DNA of 64,000 nt from Ginglymostoma cirratum (lineage: Eukaryota): NCBI GenBank assembly GCA_024137785.1, contig JAHRHZ010000270.1, positions 31,998,461 through 32,062,460 of the forward strand, in the 5' to 3' direction. Both the position numbers and the translations under genes were made by a program. The notes under the pieces are model-generated. The model was not told the DNA's origin. It ran no database searches and saw nothing but the letters and a program-made list of their open reading frames with translations. Below are positions 12,467-25,230 of the stretch, piece after piece (position 1 is the stretch's first letter; every line of letters begins with the position of its first letter).

Positions 12467-12890
12467 CTCAGTTAGTGGAATGATTGCCTTGGAATCAGAA
12501 GGTTCCTGGTTCAACTCTCACTCCAGGAGGAGAGCATCAAAATAAAGTGTGACACCCCAGTGTAGAATTGAGGGAACACAGCACTGTCAGAGGTGTTGTC
12601 TTTCAGCTGCAATGCTAAACTGAGGGCATATCTGCCTGCTTGTAAAATTTCCCAGGTGGCTTTGAAGAAGAGCAGCAGACTTACTGCCAGAGGCCTGGCT
12701 AATACCAATTTCTCAATCAACACCACAAAGGGAGAAAAAGTGCTACCTGGTAATTATCACAACTCCTATAAACTACAAAGTAGCAGCCATGATCCCTACA
12801 TTACAACAATAACTACATTCCAAAAACAGTCATAGACTCTGAAATGCTTTGAGATTTTCATGGTTGCTTTCTAAATGCAAGTCTTTCTTT
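12467..12890 (+). mobile_element. Deu-domain tRNA-derived SINE (SacSINE1-like)
   Basis: tRNA-like head, Deu core (gcactgtcagaggtg...tttgaagaagagcag) and tail aaatgcaagtctttcttt. Related copies near 10070-10245, 18625-18870, 35620-35990 and 45300-45530. Confidence 0.65.
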
Positions 12891-14384
12891 ACATTTCATA
12901 ATGTATGCTCTTCCTTTTCCAATGTTTCTTGAAGCCAATGTCATGTAGGATAAGCACTACCAGGCAAGACATGTCATTAATGAGGAGAACTGGTACCTCA
13001 CATGTCATTAGAATAATGGAGCCTGATAAGATTTTGCAGATCAGTGTAATAAGGACTTTTTCATGCATCTGATTAGATATGTATTAATATTAACTTGTAA
13101 ACTAAGAAAGGTCCAATTATCAGAAACATTATTTTCCAGACAATATTGATTTTGAATAAGTAGCAAAAGGGACAGTTTCATGCATTGACTCAGATCTTCC
13201 GGTCAATGAAATAAAATGCAAGACGCGTGCTGGGGAACCCTGCAAAAGTCCAGACATGCTGGAATTGCCCAGCAAGTTTCACCATTTGAAAGGAAAGAGA
13301 AATCCTCCTGTTTCCTGGGACATTCCTCAAATGTCTCTACCTCTGAAATGGAGTCAGGGATTTTAAACAGTTCTGATTTACTTAACCTGAGTAGTAATTC
13401 AGGAAATATTAGGAATATCCAACTCCTGCCTAACAATAGGATTGAATGTCTGAGTATCCACTTGACTACTGAGCTGACGTTATTGCCCCATCACACCACA
13501 CTAACCCATCCCAACTGACTCAGTGATTGGACCTGGTCAACCCCACAACTGACTAGCCCTCTGATCCCCTAACTAACCCCCTGATCTGACCTGACTAGCC
13601 CAAAAACTTCTGACCCGACCCTGAATACACCATGACTCATTAACCAGCTTCCCACTGCCATCTCATTTACTCTGTGCACTTACCACCTTATTCACCTTCA
13701 CTTCATCCATCTACATCCTACTCACTTTAACTGACTCACCTACTCGCCCTACACATTCGTTAGCACTCTCACTGGACCTTTAAACCAACCTGGTGCCATT
13801 AAAAATGAGGGAATGTCCAGACTATCCCCTGATATTAAATTATGTGATTGAGTCTCCAGGGGATGCTGTGCCTCACATTTCTGGGAAAGCCAGACTTGGA
13901 AGTTACAGCAAGAAATGTGGGCTAACATTGGGACATTGAAAAGCTCAAAGGGAGTGGCCATATAAAGAAGATTGTCACTTTATGGAAGACTTGAGCCAGA
14001 GAGTTTAAGATGCTCGGGTGATCTCTGAACATCCGTTTTGCTAATACTCAAATGTTGACAATTGTACAAATCGACAATTGGAGAACACTAAGAGCTGTGC
14101 TAACTTGTTACATTGGATTCCGCACAATTAAGCTGACACTGTGCAGACATTCACTCACCATCAAATCGCAAACTGTTATGAAATTATCATGGAAACAGTG
14201 AGCAGAGTTCCTTCGATTTTCATCACTTCATATATCATTCCAGCAGCCTTAAAAAAATAGAGTAAATAAGGAGGGTCTCTAATCAGTGAATATATACTCT
14301 GAATATCAGTGACGGAGATGAGGAGAATTTGATTTTTCTTGAAGCAGCAGCTTGTTACGTCTTAGTAATCACTGCAGGGAAGGC

Positions 14385-16515
14385 CATAAGACATAGGAGC
14401 AGAAGCAGGCTGTTCAGCCCATCAAGTCCACTGTGCCATTCAATGAGATCATAGTTGATCTGATAACCCTTAACTCCACTTTCTTGCCTTTTCCCCATGA
14501 CCCTCTGTCTCCCTTAGCCATAAATATACCTAATGACCCTGGTCAACCCCACAACTGACTAGCCCTCTGATCCGCTAACTAACCCCCTGATCTGACCTGA
14601 CTAGCCCAAAAACTTCTGACCCGACCCTGAATACACTGTGACTCAATAACCAGTTTCCCACTGCCATCTCATTTATTCTGTGCACTTACCACCTTATTCA
14701 CCTTCACTTCATCCATCTACATCCTCTGTACAGCTCTCTGTAGTAACAATTTCCACAGATTCATTACCCTCAGAGAAGAAATTACTCCAGGGCTCTATCT
14801 TAAGCATGCAACCCTTTATTCTGGGATTATACCCTCTGGTCCTAGACTCTCCCACTGACTTTCTGCATCTGCTCTGTCAAATTCCCTCAGAGTATTGATA
14901 GTTTCAATCAAGTCACATTTCATTCTTCTAAACTCCAATGACTCTCGTTCCTACTCAACCTCTCCTCCAATGACACACCCAGGATCAGCCTAGTGAACCT
15001 TCTCTAAATTACCTATAATGTCCATATATCTTTCCTTTGATAAGAGGTCCAAAATTGTTCACAGTACTCCAGCTGTTGTCTGACTAGTGCCTTGCACAAC
15101 TTTAGCAAGACCGACTTATCTTTATAATTCATTCCGTTTGAAGTAAAGAGCCTCACTCTATTTGTGTTGTTTTTGCCTGCTGAATTTGGATGCTTGCTTT
15201 TTGTGATTTATGCAGATGGACTCCCAAAACCCTTGTGCTGTAGGTTACTGCAGCTTTTCTCCATTTAAATAGCACTAAGCTCCTCTACTCTTGCTGTTGA
15301 AGCGTATAACCTCACATTTCCTCACATTATATTCCATCTGCTAAGTTTTTACCCACATGATTAACCTGTCTATATCACTTTTGTAGTCTTCTTATGTTGC
15401 CCTCACCACATGCCTTCCCACCTATTTTTGTATAATCTGCAAATTTAGCTATTGTACATTTATTTTCCTTATCCAAGCTGTTAAATATATGTATTAAATA
15501 ATTGTGATCCCAGCACTGATCTCCACATGCTGCTTCCTGAAAATGCCCACCTTCTCCCAACTTTCTGTCTTCTATTAGGTAGCCAATCCTCTATCCATGC
15601 TAATATTTTACCTCCAACACCATGGGCTCATATCTTACTAAGTAGTCAAACGTAATAACTTATCAAATGCCTTCTGAAAATCCAATACATTACACTCACT
15701 GCTTCTCCTTTATTTACCCTACTTGTTACCTCCTCAAAGACTTCCAGTAAACTTGTCAGGCATTATTTTGGTGTCATAAGCTTTGTTGATTCTACTTAGT
15801 AACATTATGTATTCTAAATGAATTGCTATTACATCTTTTATAATACTCTAACATTTTTCCAATAACAGATATTAAAATGGCCTATAACTACCTCTCCTTT
15901 GCCTTCTTTCCTTTCTAAATAAGAGTGTTACATTTGCAGTTTTCCAATCTTCTGGAACTTATCCAAAATATAGGGATTCTTGGGAGATTGCTACCAGTGC
16001 ATCCACCATCTCATTAGCTGTTTCTTTCAATGTCTTAGGATGTATTCCATCAGGTCCCATGGACGTAATAGCCTTTAACTCCAATAACATCCCTAGTACC
16101 TTTTCCCTAGTGATAGTTATTGCATTTATTTGCTTTCCTCCTTTTGTCTGTAAATTTTTAGTACGCTATTAGTGTCTTCTACTGTGGAAATTGATGCACA
16201 GTATTTATTCGACTCTTCTACCGTTTCCTGGTTCCTCATTATTACTTCCCCAGTCTCATTCTCTAAGGCACTTACATTAACCTTGGCCTTTCTCTTTCTT
16301 TTTATGTACATATTTTTTAAACAAAAACCCTTGCTGTTACTCTTGATATTACTAGCAAGTTTACCCTCAAAGTTTATCTTCTCCATCTTGATTATACTTT
16401 TTGTTGTCTTTTGTGATCTTTAAAACTTTTCCAATCTTTTGTTTTATGACTAAATCTTTGCCACATTGTGTGTTTTCTTTCAATTTGAAGCTATCCTTAA
16501 ATTCCCTGGTTACCT
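14385..16515 (-). mobile_element. CR1 LINE, ~2 kb degenerate RT plus 3' UTR
   Basis: IAKFADYTKIGG motif and EGKLASNIKSNSKGF motif; 3' tail at 14385-14420. Confidence 0.85.
14538..14725 (+). repeat. 188-bp near-identical copy of 13532-13719 inserted into the CR1 3' UTR
   Basis: Same length as the donor, with about six mismatches by eye. CR1 sequence continues on both sides. Confidence 0.9.
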
Positions 16516-17021
16516 ATGAAGGTGGTGAAAGCAAATAAATTAATAATTTTTTAAAGAGGACTGCACAAAAACCTGGAAAAGGAAACAAAAATCGCAAGGC
16601 TGTGGAGAAAGTACCATGGGTGGGGGCAGGGTGGACTAATCTGATAGATTAGTCAAAGAGATAGCACTAATGTAATGGGCTAAATGGCCTCCACATGGGC
16701 TATTTGATTCTCTGATCCTTCATCTCATCACAGTTGCGTGTGACCGGCTTCACATTAACTCACATGAACAATTGGAGATCCCTGTAATGGACGACAAATC
16801 CGAAGGAATCTTGCAGTTCTGTCTGGAATGCCAGGGAATACAGGGCCAGGGTGGTTGTGAAATGGCCAGTGAAGCAGTGACTATTTGATTAGTGGTTGAC
16901 AAATAGTTAATTACGCTTCGATAGTTCATCAAATTGTTGGTACAGTTAACTCATTGCAATAGAAATTTGACCGTTCTGCATACTTGTTAATTGGAAGACA
17001 GAAAAACACATAAAAATGCCA

Positions 17022-17674
17022 GATAACAAGGTGTAGAGCTGGATGAACACAGCAGGCCAAGCAGCATCATAGGAGCAAGAAAGCTTGACGTTTCGGGCCT
17101 AGACCCTTCATCAGAAATGGGGGAGGGGAAGAGGGTTCTGAAATAAATAGGGAGAGAGGGGGAGGCGGATAGAGGATGGATAGAGGAGAGGATAGGTGGA
17201 GAGGAGGCAGACAGGTCGAAGAGGCGGGGATGGAGCCAGTAAAGGTGAGTGTAGGTGGGGGGGTAGGGAGGAGATAGGTCAGTCCAGGGAGGACGGACAG
17301 GTCAAGGGGGCGGGATGATGTTAGTAGATAGGAGATGGGGGTGGCGCTTGAGGTGGGAGGAGGGGATAGATGAGAGGAAAAACAGGTTAGGGAGGCGGGG
17401 ACGAGCTGGGCTGGTTTTGGGATGCGGTTGGGGGAGGGGAGATTTTGAAGCTTGTGAAATCCACATTGGTTCCATTGGGCTGCAGGGTTCCCGGGCTGAA
17501 TATGATTTGTTGTTCCTGCTGCCTTCGGGTGGCATCACTATGGCATTGCAGGAGGCCCAGGATGGACATGTCGTCTGAGGACTGGGAGGGGGAGTTGAAA
17601 TGGTTCTCGACTGGGAGGTGCAGTTGTTTGTTGCGAACTGAGCGCAGGTGTTCTGCAAAGCGGTCCCCAAGCCT
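17022..17674 (-). mobile_element. 5'-truncated Neptune-type PLE (family A): GIY-YIG C-terminus plus terminal repeat
   Basis: LGDRFAEHLRSVRNKQLHLPV..HFN peptide is nearly identical to 54280-54568. 11-bp TSD TAAAAATGCCA at 17011-17021 and 17675-17685. Confidence 0.92.
17084..17117 (-). ncRNA. Minimal hammerhead ribozyme, family A, intact core
   Basis: ttt-CTGATGA-A-GGG-tctagg-CCC-GAAA-CG-TC-aag. Confidence 0.75.
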
Positions 17675-17943
17675 TAAAAATGCCATGCCACTTTCTTCTT
17701 AACCCGCTGATTAATGAAAACAAATACACACATGCTGGAGTCAACCATATTTTTGTCAGATGAGCTTTGTTATTACAGTACCAAGTGCTGTAAGCAGACA
17801 CATCTGGATGATATTCGCACGTCCATTTAAAAATGAATCCCCACTCCTCAGCCCAATTTAAACCCAGTAACAAATGTTAAAAACAAGAAGGCAGCATAAG
17901 AAGCTGCACACCATGGTAGAAAGTGAACAATAAGGGAACTTAC

Positions 17944-18101
17944 TCCATTGGTGCTGCTTTTTTCCACAGACGGGTGTTCATTCCGGTGGCTGTTGGTGCT
18001 AATTTGCTGTTGGCTTGACAAAGCCTTTTCAGTCGCAGCTTTCTGTTTCCTTCCTCCACAGGGACGTCTGCAGGTTTCCACCGAGCATCACTCAACAAAG
18101 C
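17944..18101 (-). other. Candidate spliced exon (158 nt), coding status unknown
   Basis: Acceptor ctaccttctcttccag and donor GGA|gtaagt. One frame is open (ALLSDARWKPADVPVEEGNRKLRLKRLCQANSKLAPTATGMNTRLWKKAAPM). Confidence 0.3.
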
Positions 18102-18249
18102 CTGGAAGAGAAGGTAGCAGGTGGATTTTGCCTTACTGTTGGCATAGATGATGCTGTAGTGCCTTACCCTCACTGCCACTTCCTTTCCTTTTAAAACAAT
18201 CCCAAAGCATCTGAACCAAATGCCTCGACTGCCAGCCAGAACCTTGGAC

Positions 18250-18257
18250 TGACGTCA
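18250..18257. promoter_or_regulatory. Perfect CRE palindrome TGACGTCA
   Basis: Exact consensus with the CpG retained, ~150 bp upstream of the candidate minus-strand exon. Confidence 0.3.
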
Positions 18258-18900
18258 TGTACCACACAATTATCATAGATTCTCCCTTAGGTCATGTCAC
18301 AGTCTGTCCTTTGCTCCATTTGGAATTTCTCTTTCTCTGATCATACGCTCCCAATTTAAGAATCACTAACTCCATCTCAGCTACACTCTGTGTAATCAGT
18401 CCATTGTGTTTGCAAATTCACAGAAATGCTGATCCCCTCCTGTCAGAAAGTGAAATAAAGCCATGCCCCTTGTTGACCAATAGAGTGTTCAATACATGAA
18501 AACATTCTCAATGTGTAATTCTCTTGAACAGAAAGCACGTTGATAGCATTCCTTAAGCCTTTCATTCATCATTTTGTTGCTTGCATTGAAGAGCGATCAT
18601 TTATTTGATGAAATGTTAGCTGGGACACATTGAAAAGAGAAAGACTTGAATTCGTAGCACAGTTTTCAGAATCAGTGGACGTGTCAAAATACTTTACAGG
18701 CAATGACATGTATTCACGTGCAATGCGGAAAATGCAGCAGCTAATTTTCACACAGTAAGTTACAACAGACAGCAATGCGATAATGCCCAGGTAATCTGTT
18801 GACTTATGGATAAATATTAAATGGAACACCAGAAATAACTAAACTGCTTTTTTTTGAAATGGTGCTATGAGAGGTAACTTAGGTGAACAATCATAAGGGT

Positions 18901-19000
18901 GAGTTCCGAGGAAGGGTCACCGGGCCTGAAACATTAACTCCTTTTTTCCTTCACAGGTGTTGCCAGACCTGCTGAGTTTTTCCAGCAACTTTGTTATTGA
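18901..19000 (+). mobile_element. Short PLE family D copy beginning at a decayed hammerhead
   Basis: CCGAGGA-A-GGGTC-accg-GGCCT-GAAA-CA-TTA followed by a tail matching the reverse complement of 41757-41820. Confidence 0.75.
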
Positions 19001-21690
19001 TCAAAAGAGTAATATGGGAGTGGGATTTGATGTGAGTTAGTATATGGGCAGTAGAGTCCAGATCACTTCAAATTCATGGAGGATGAAACATGCGAATCCT
19101 GCCAGGGACATATTTAAATAATAAAGTCTAGAGGTTACAAAGACAGGGATAAGTCTTGGGTTAGTCATCAGTGAGAGCACTGATCTCAGCCCATAGCACC
19201 GTATAGCAGGAAATGAACATATTTTGAATCAACGTATTCAGCCATGCTAAGGTGGGGATTAAACCCACTCTTTCTGGCCTGGAGGTAGGGATATTACCAC
19301 TGCATCACAAGAACCCTTCTCAGGGTGGTGTATACTGGCCTTGGAGAGGCACATTGCAAATTTGTCAGAATACTATCTGAGCTAAAAGGACAACTCTATC
19401 TGGACACTGACATAAGCTAAATTTGTTTCTCCTTGAATACTGAAAACTAAGGGGTGATTTACTTGACATTTTTGAGCTGATTAAAGAATATGATAGTTAT
19501 CTTCCTCTGTTCAGGGCATCCAGAACACACAAATTTAAAATTAGAGCTAGGTTGATGTCAGGATGCATGTCTTCATACAAAAGGGCCAGGACTCTATCCC
19601 CATCAAAACTGTCATTTGAAAATTGAACTGAAACTAATAAGTCTTTGTTTGCTGGGGTCATTCAACATTATTGGTCCAAGGTGGTTCAGATGGTGCTAAG
19701 GTACAGATTTGCGTGATCTAATGAATGGCAGAAAGAGTTGGGAAGCTGAATGGCCTCCCTCTCATCCTGTGTCCCATAGTCATCCAAGTTAAGAATATAA
19801 AAATGCATCCATAAAAGCTGAAGTCTCATGTGAGAATGTATCAGTACTGTTCCATGTGCACTGCACCACCTAAGCATCTTAACTACAAGATATAATGAAA
19901 ATCTACACTCTATGTATTTATGTGACTTTCACATTTCCATATCACTCTTTGAATCAAGCTGCCAATCGGGATGAATTATTGATCACCTTCTGCTGTCTGA
20001 TCTCAAGCAAAGACCAGTTGACAGCAACCAACAACAGAAATTGAACTTCCATATAACACTTGATCTTTAATCAATACATTTTACAGCCTTACACACCATT
20101 CTAATTAAGGATATAATATATGAAGAAGAATTGTCAGCAAATATGTTGCAATCATATTTTACAGATATAACATTTGATTGTGATGGTGGTTACTTGCAAT
20201 TTAGTTTTTTTATTCCTTTTTAAATATGAGGGGATTGACTTATGGTTGTGGCAGATAGAAGTACTGCAGGATGTTGTTATGTGAAAGCAAAACATAAGAA
20301 GGGGTTGTCAAATTTGAAAGTTGTTTGCTTAGAAGTCAAGGATAATTCTGTACTGAAGGCACAAATGAAAAGTAGGTACAACACTTCAAAGGGGAATCAG
20401 ATAGATGTGCCTAAAACCAATATAATAGCATTGAAACAGTATAACTAATTGATATTGCTCATCTCCAATTAAACATAGTTGTCACAACAATGGGAAAATC
20501 AGCTGAACAAATAGAATTGAAGTCAGCTGAAAGGTAGAAATGAATGCACAATACAATGGATCCTGAATATTTTAACATACACACCAAAATGAAGACAAGA
20601 GCATCCAGAAATAAAATAAGTCAATCAATCCTGTCATTCCAACAAGGAACGTCATTACCACAAAGCAACCAGTGAATCATTGCCATATCTCAGAATTAGT
20701 GCCCAGAATTTGTGTTTTATCTAGTTTGAAGATTAAGAAACTTATGACAAATCTTAGACATGATTTGCGTAGATTCTACTTTGATCTAAGTTTGACACAG
20801 TATCATATTACTGAGAAAAGCCTGACCTATTTTAAGTTACAGTTTAATGAGATTAACTTCTGTTAAATGTTGGGTGGCTAAAATGAATTGCTATTATGAG
20901 GAATATGCCATGACATCCTCAAAACCATGTCGCATATGGGTCTGAAAGAGTTAATACTTGTTCACAGTGCATTGAGCACCACCTACTGTGATGACTACTA
21001 AAATGGTATGAGGACTAGCCTGGGTCTGGGTGGGATGCTCTGAGAGTCAGTGTGGACTTGTTGGGCCGAAGGGCCTGTTTCCACACTGTAGGGATTCTAT
21101 GATTCTATGATCTATGACTAGGCCACAGTAAAAAAGGAGATTGTAGGAAACAGACCTGGGCTTGTAAGCTCTTAACAGTCTCTGCAGTATTGTAGGTCAT
21201 GTTCATGTAATGTGCAGATAGTTGCTGAAATGCAATAAACTTGCTATTGTTGAATTGACAATGTTCGTATAGTTAGACTAGAAAGGTGGATATCCTCATC
21301 TATGCAATGCCACTTTGTGAAGAAGCCAGCACATGTAACATGGTGAGCAGTGGTGTGGTGAATAGCAGTATGATGACTATAGTAGGCCTGCCTCAATGTA
21401 GTGAGCAACAGTGATCAGCATGATTTCTAAATGATGGCTCTTAAGAGAAATTACACTTCTGACCTTCAAAACACAAGGAAGAACATGCAGGTGACCCAGA
21501 TGTCTTCAGATAAAGTTGATTACCGATGACAGTAAACCCGGCAAAACATCACGGCAACACTCAACACAGTGGAATAATTTGAGCATGACATAGAAATCAT
21601 TTTAAACCTGACAGAAGATGCACAGTAACTGAGAAATCTGTAGCTCCAAGGCATTGCAATCAGGCAATAGGTCTGTACAGCAGATATTAT

Positions 21691-21855
21691 CAGGCTAGGA
21701 GGAACTGCAGATGCCGGAGAATCCGAGATAACGAGGTGTAGAGCTGGATGAACACAGCAGGCCAAGCAGCATCAGAGGAGCAGGAAGGCTTGTGCTCTTG
21801 CTCCTCTGATGCTGCTTGGCCTGCTGTGTTCATCCAGCCCTACACCTTGTTATCT
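21691..21855. mobile_element. Miniature fold-back PLE (family A) lacking the ribozyme core
   Basis: Near-perfect ~60-bp arms; 10-bp TSD CAGATATTAT at 21681-21690 and 21856-21865; tail on the left arm only. Confidence 0.88.
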
Positions 21856-22239
21856 CAGATATTATAGGGTGTTAGTCTTTGGAAGTGATTCTGAGTCTGA
21901 GCTGAGCAGCTGAGCTGACCACAAACTGAGAATTGCTCAATATACTGGCAAGAGGAGAAAAATTAAACTTCAGTTAAAAGGGCAGAAATTAAAAAAATAA
22001 ACAAGTTGCAGTTTAAAGTGGGAGTTGGCTCCATAAGACGTGCCACGAGGCAGAACAGGAAAGAAAAATTAAGAATGCCACGAGAGAAAACTCAAATATT
22101 CTGCCTACCAACAACTATGCAATTAGCTCCTAGGTAGGTGAACAGTTGAGAGTGTGAATGTTTTGGCAGAAACCATCAGGCCTCTGGAGAACGTTGTTTT
22201 TGCTCAGTGGTAAACCCATCTCAAGCCTGAAGAAAGCCA

Positions 22240-22425
22240 TGATGTGGAAGTGCCGGTATGGATGGGGGTGGACAAAGTCAGAACTCACATGACACCAGGG
22301 TAGAGTTCAACAGGTTCATTTCAAATCACAAGCTTTCGGATCGTAGCCCCTTCTTCACCTGATGATGGGGCTATGCTCCGAAAGCTTGTGATTTCAAATA
22401 AATCTCTTGGACTATAACCGGGTGT
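22240..22425. mobile_element. Miniature fold-back PLE (family C)
   Basis: Inverted arms; 13-bp TSD CTGAAGAAAGCCA at 22227-22239 and 22426-22438; longer tail on the left arm. Confidence 0.85.
22355..22391 (+). ncRNA. Minimal hammerhead ribozyme, family C
   Basis: Stem I TCAC/GTGA; CTGATGA; stem II GGGGC-tat-GCTCC; GAAA-GC-TT with palindromic AGCT in place of stem III. Confidence 0.75.
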
Positions 22426-23540
22426 CTGAAGAAAGCCAGTTTATTTCCTCTTTCCAGTTGCTGTAAGCTGTGACTTTTAATTTGATGTGTTTGATACATT
22501 TTTAAGAGTGATCCAGACACTCTGTGCCTCCGACAAACAATGGAAAATATCAGGAGAAGAAAGATTGAGAAGCAGCATTCTGATCAGCATAAGGATCATC
22601 TCAGCAAACCCAATGGACAGGGACTACTGAACTGCCTTCCCGGTCTTTCCTTCTACTCAAATGATCCATGAGTTTTTTCCATATCTGTCTGTGTGCATAC
22701 ACGGAAGGGGAGTGTATGTGTGGTTTGAGTTTGAACTAACAGAGATATACGTCAGTGATTTACATTTGTTTACCTGCAGTTAGAATTTATTTATTTGAAA
22801 TAAATAGTCACTTTTGTTAAATACATAGACCTGGTTGATGCTTTCAGTCAATCTGGCTCTAAAAAGACAGGTAAATTGGGGATTTTTGCACATTTTTCAA
22901 AATCTTGACCTTAGTTTTGACTCCAGAAAAAGCAGGTCTTGATTTCCGGCATGGTACCTCAGTGAGGCATATTAAATTTCAGCTATCAATTAACTAGAAT
23001 ACAAAAGTGGACATTCTACCCTGTTACCTAAAAGGACTGGTGGACAAGCACACCATAGTCCCTCTGATCCTTGGTGCTTCCCAGGGTCATATTGTTCATC
23101 ATGCCTTTCCAAAAAGTCCTTGCCAAAACTGTGGAGCAAAGAAACCTCACGGACACAAACAGTGCCCAGCTCCAAAACATAATTTTTTCATTGTACCAAA
23201 GTAAATCACTCCCAGAAAGCATGCCAAAGTAGGACACAGCCACAGGAAAGCAAAAGGGCAAAGAACTACCCACACAAAGAGATAAATGTACTAGGCCAGT
23301 CTTCAGTAGAAGGTAAACCCAAAGTTTTCCGAGGGGAAATCAATAACTCAGCCCAAACATTTTGGCATGTTGACATTTTTGTCAATGGGCATCTTACAAA
23401 TTTCAATTTAGGAACAGGGATAAACATCATATCATTAGATAATGATAATTTTGGTCAACCAAGCTGTTAGAAATTCAACTACAAGGCCTAACGATATCAC
23501 ACAATACATTAACCATATGCTACAAGCAACTCTCCAGAAT

Positions 23541-23622
23541 AGGACTTTCTATATATAATTCTATAGGACTTTCTATATATACTTCTATAAGACTTCTAGG
23601 ACTTTCTATATATAACTATATA
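23541..23622. repeat. Short AT-rich tandem repeat (aggactttctatatata, ~3 copies)
   Basis: Directly visible periodicity. Confidence 0.8.
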
Positions 23623-24809
23623 CTTCACAATGATGAATTTTCACTCCTGAGCAGAATGACATGTTGAAATCAATATCATTCAAAAGGTGGACGAGTTTAA
23701 ACAATAAAATGTCAAGGAAAGTCTTTTGGGAAACTTTTGTTGGGCTCTGTAAGTTCAAAGTGGAACCTAAGCATAAAGCAGAATCCCCTCAGGTTGGTTA
23801 CCTTCTATTTTATTTCGTACTGTCAATGAGATGGAAAGATGTGACGATAGTGGTTTGGCTGTAATGTTTTCTACTGTAATGTATCTACAAAACTGTGGTG
23901 AGTTTAGATTCCAAGTGGCAACAACTTTTAAGAATAAGTGCAAGCAAAGAGGTAGCAAAGAGGAACCACTCATGTGGATGTACAGTGATAAATCGACAGT
24001 GGGAGCCTTTATAACTGAATTGAGTCAGATTGTCAAATAGCGCAGTGAACAAATATCTTCTTCCAGATTCCATTCTGGTATAAGGGACTGAGGTGATAGT
24101 CAATGGCCAAAGAGAACATGTTCAGGGCGAAAGATGAAACCTCAAGATCATGTGAATTTATAAAATCAAAGACTTGGGCAAGATGGGGTAGTGGCAGATG
24201 TAAATATAAAAAACAGAAGAATAATAATATAACAAATGGGGCTGAAAGAGTTAATACTTTTGTGTGAAGGAAGCGCTACTTGTGATGTTGTCACAATGAT
24301 TTGGTCAGACTAAAGAGGGAACTGTAGGAGACAAGCATGAGGCTAACCCTAACCCGAATCCTAACAGTTTTTGCAGTAGTGTATGTCATATTTATGTAAT
24401 CTATAAATAGTTGCAGTAATGCAATAAAATTCCTGTTGTTTAGTCAACAAGACTCTTTTAAAAAAGACGACAAGAAAAGATAGATTTTGTTGAAGGTTTT
24501 TGCCTTGTACTCGTCAGAAGAAAAACCAAAGTAAAGACAAGACAACATTAATACTATATGGGAGGAAAGACATATGATTGGTTTGCAAATGTACTCTGAT
24601 TGGTAGAGGCAGTGAATGCACCAGTTAATAATGATTGACAATTAACTGCCAAGCTTTGTTTAAATTTAACCAGGCAGTTTGACTCTAATCGATCGAGAAG
24701 AGTCTTGAGTATTGCTCAATGCCTTGATAAATCAAAAGGATTGCTATTTGCATCCACGTCATACCACGTCAGGCTTGAAGGAACCAAATGCATCACAAGT
24801 CTCACAAAT

Positions 24810-25230
24810 TTGTGTTTGCACATTTCAATCATAGGATATCTCAAAATGCTTTACAGCCAATGAGGTATTTGGAATTGCAGTCACTGTTGTAACATCGGGA
24901 AACGTGGTAGCCAATTTGTGCTCAGTATGTCACATAAACAGAAATGAAATAAATGATCAGATAATCTGTTTTTCAGTTGCGGATTGAGATAAATATTTGT
25001 TAGAATACCAAAGAAAATACTTCAAAATATTATCATAATATCTTTTGTGTCCATCTGAGAGAGCAGATGGAGTCTCAGTTTGATATTTTATCAACAGTTC
25101 AGTGCCCCCAATGGTGCAGTATTTCCTCAGAAGTGTTTTGGGTGTCAAATTATATGAAAGCATTTCCAGGATTTGACCAGACAGCATTCTAGCTCAGAGT
25201 GACGCTGTTACCAACTGAAACACAGTTGAC
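24810..25230 (-). mobile_element. Deu-domain SINE
   Basis: Reverse-complement similarity to 12467-12890. Confidence 0.6.

Larger units (their letters stand above)
20935..24450 (+). mobile_element. Highly decayed Gypsy LTR retrotransposon with nested insertions
   Basis: Diverged direct repeats at ~20935-21265 and ~24238-24450 (ctgaaagagttaatactt...atgcaataaa). aaca|TGGTGAGCAG PBS-like junction at 21340/21341. Gag double Zn-knuckle remnant CQNCGAKKPHGHKQCPA...HCTKVNHSQKAC at ~23120-23225. Confidence 0.6.

Noticed and set aside
21726-21856. miRNA precursor hairpin
   Set aside because: Fully explained as a PLE fold-back with a TSD; no independent small-RNA evidence.
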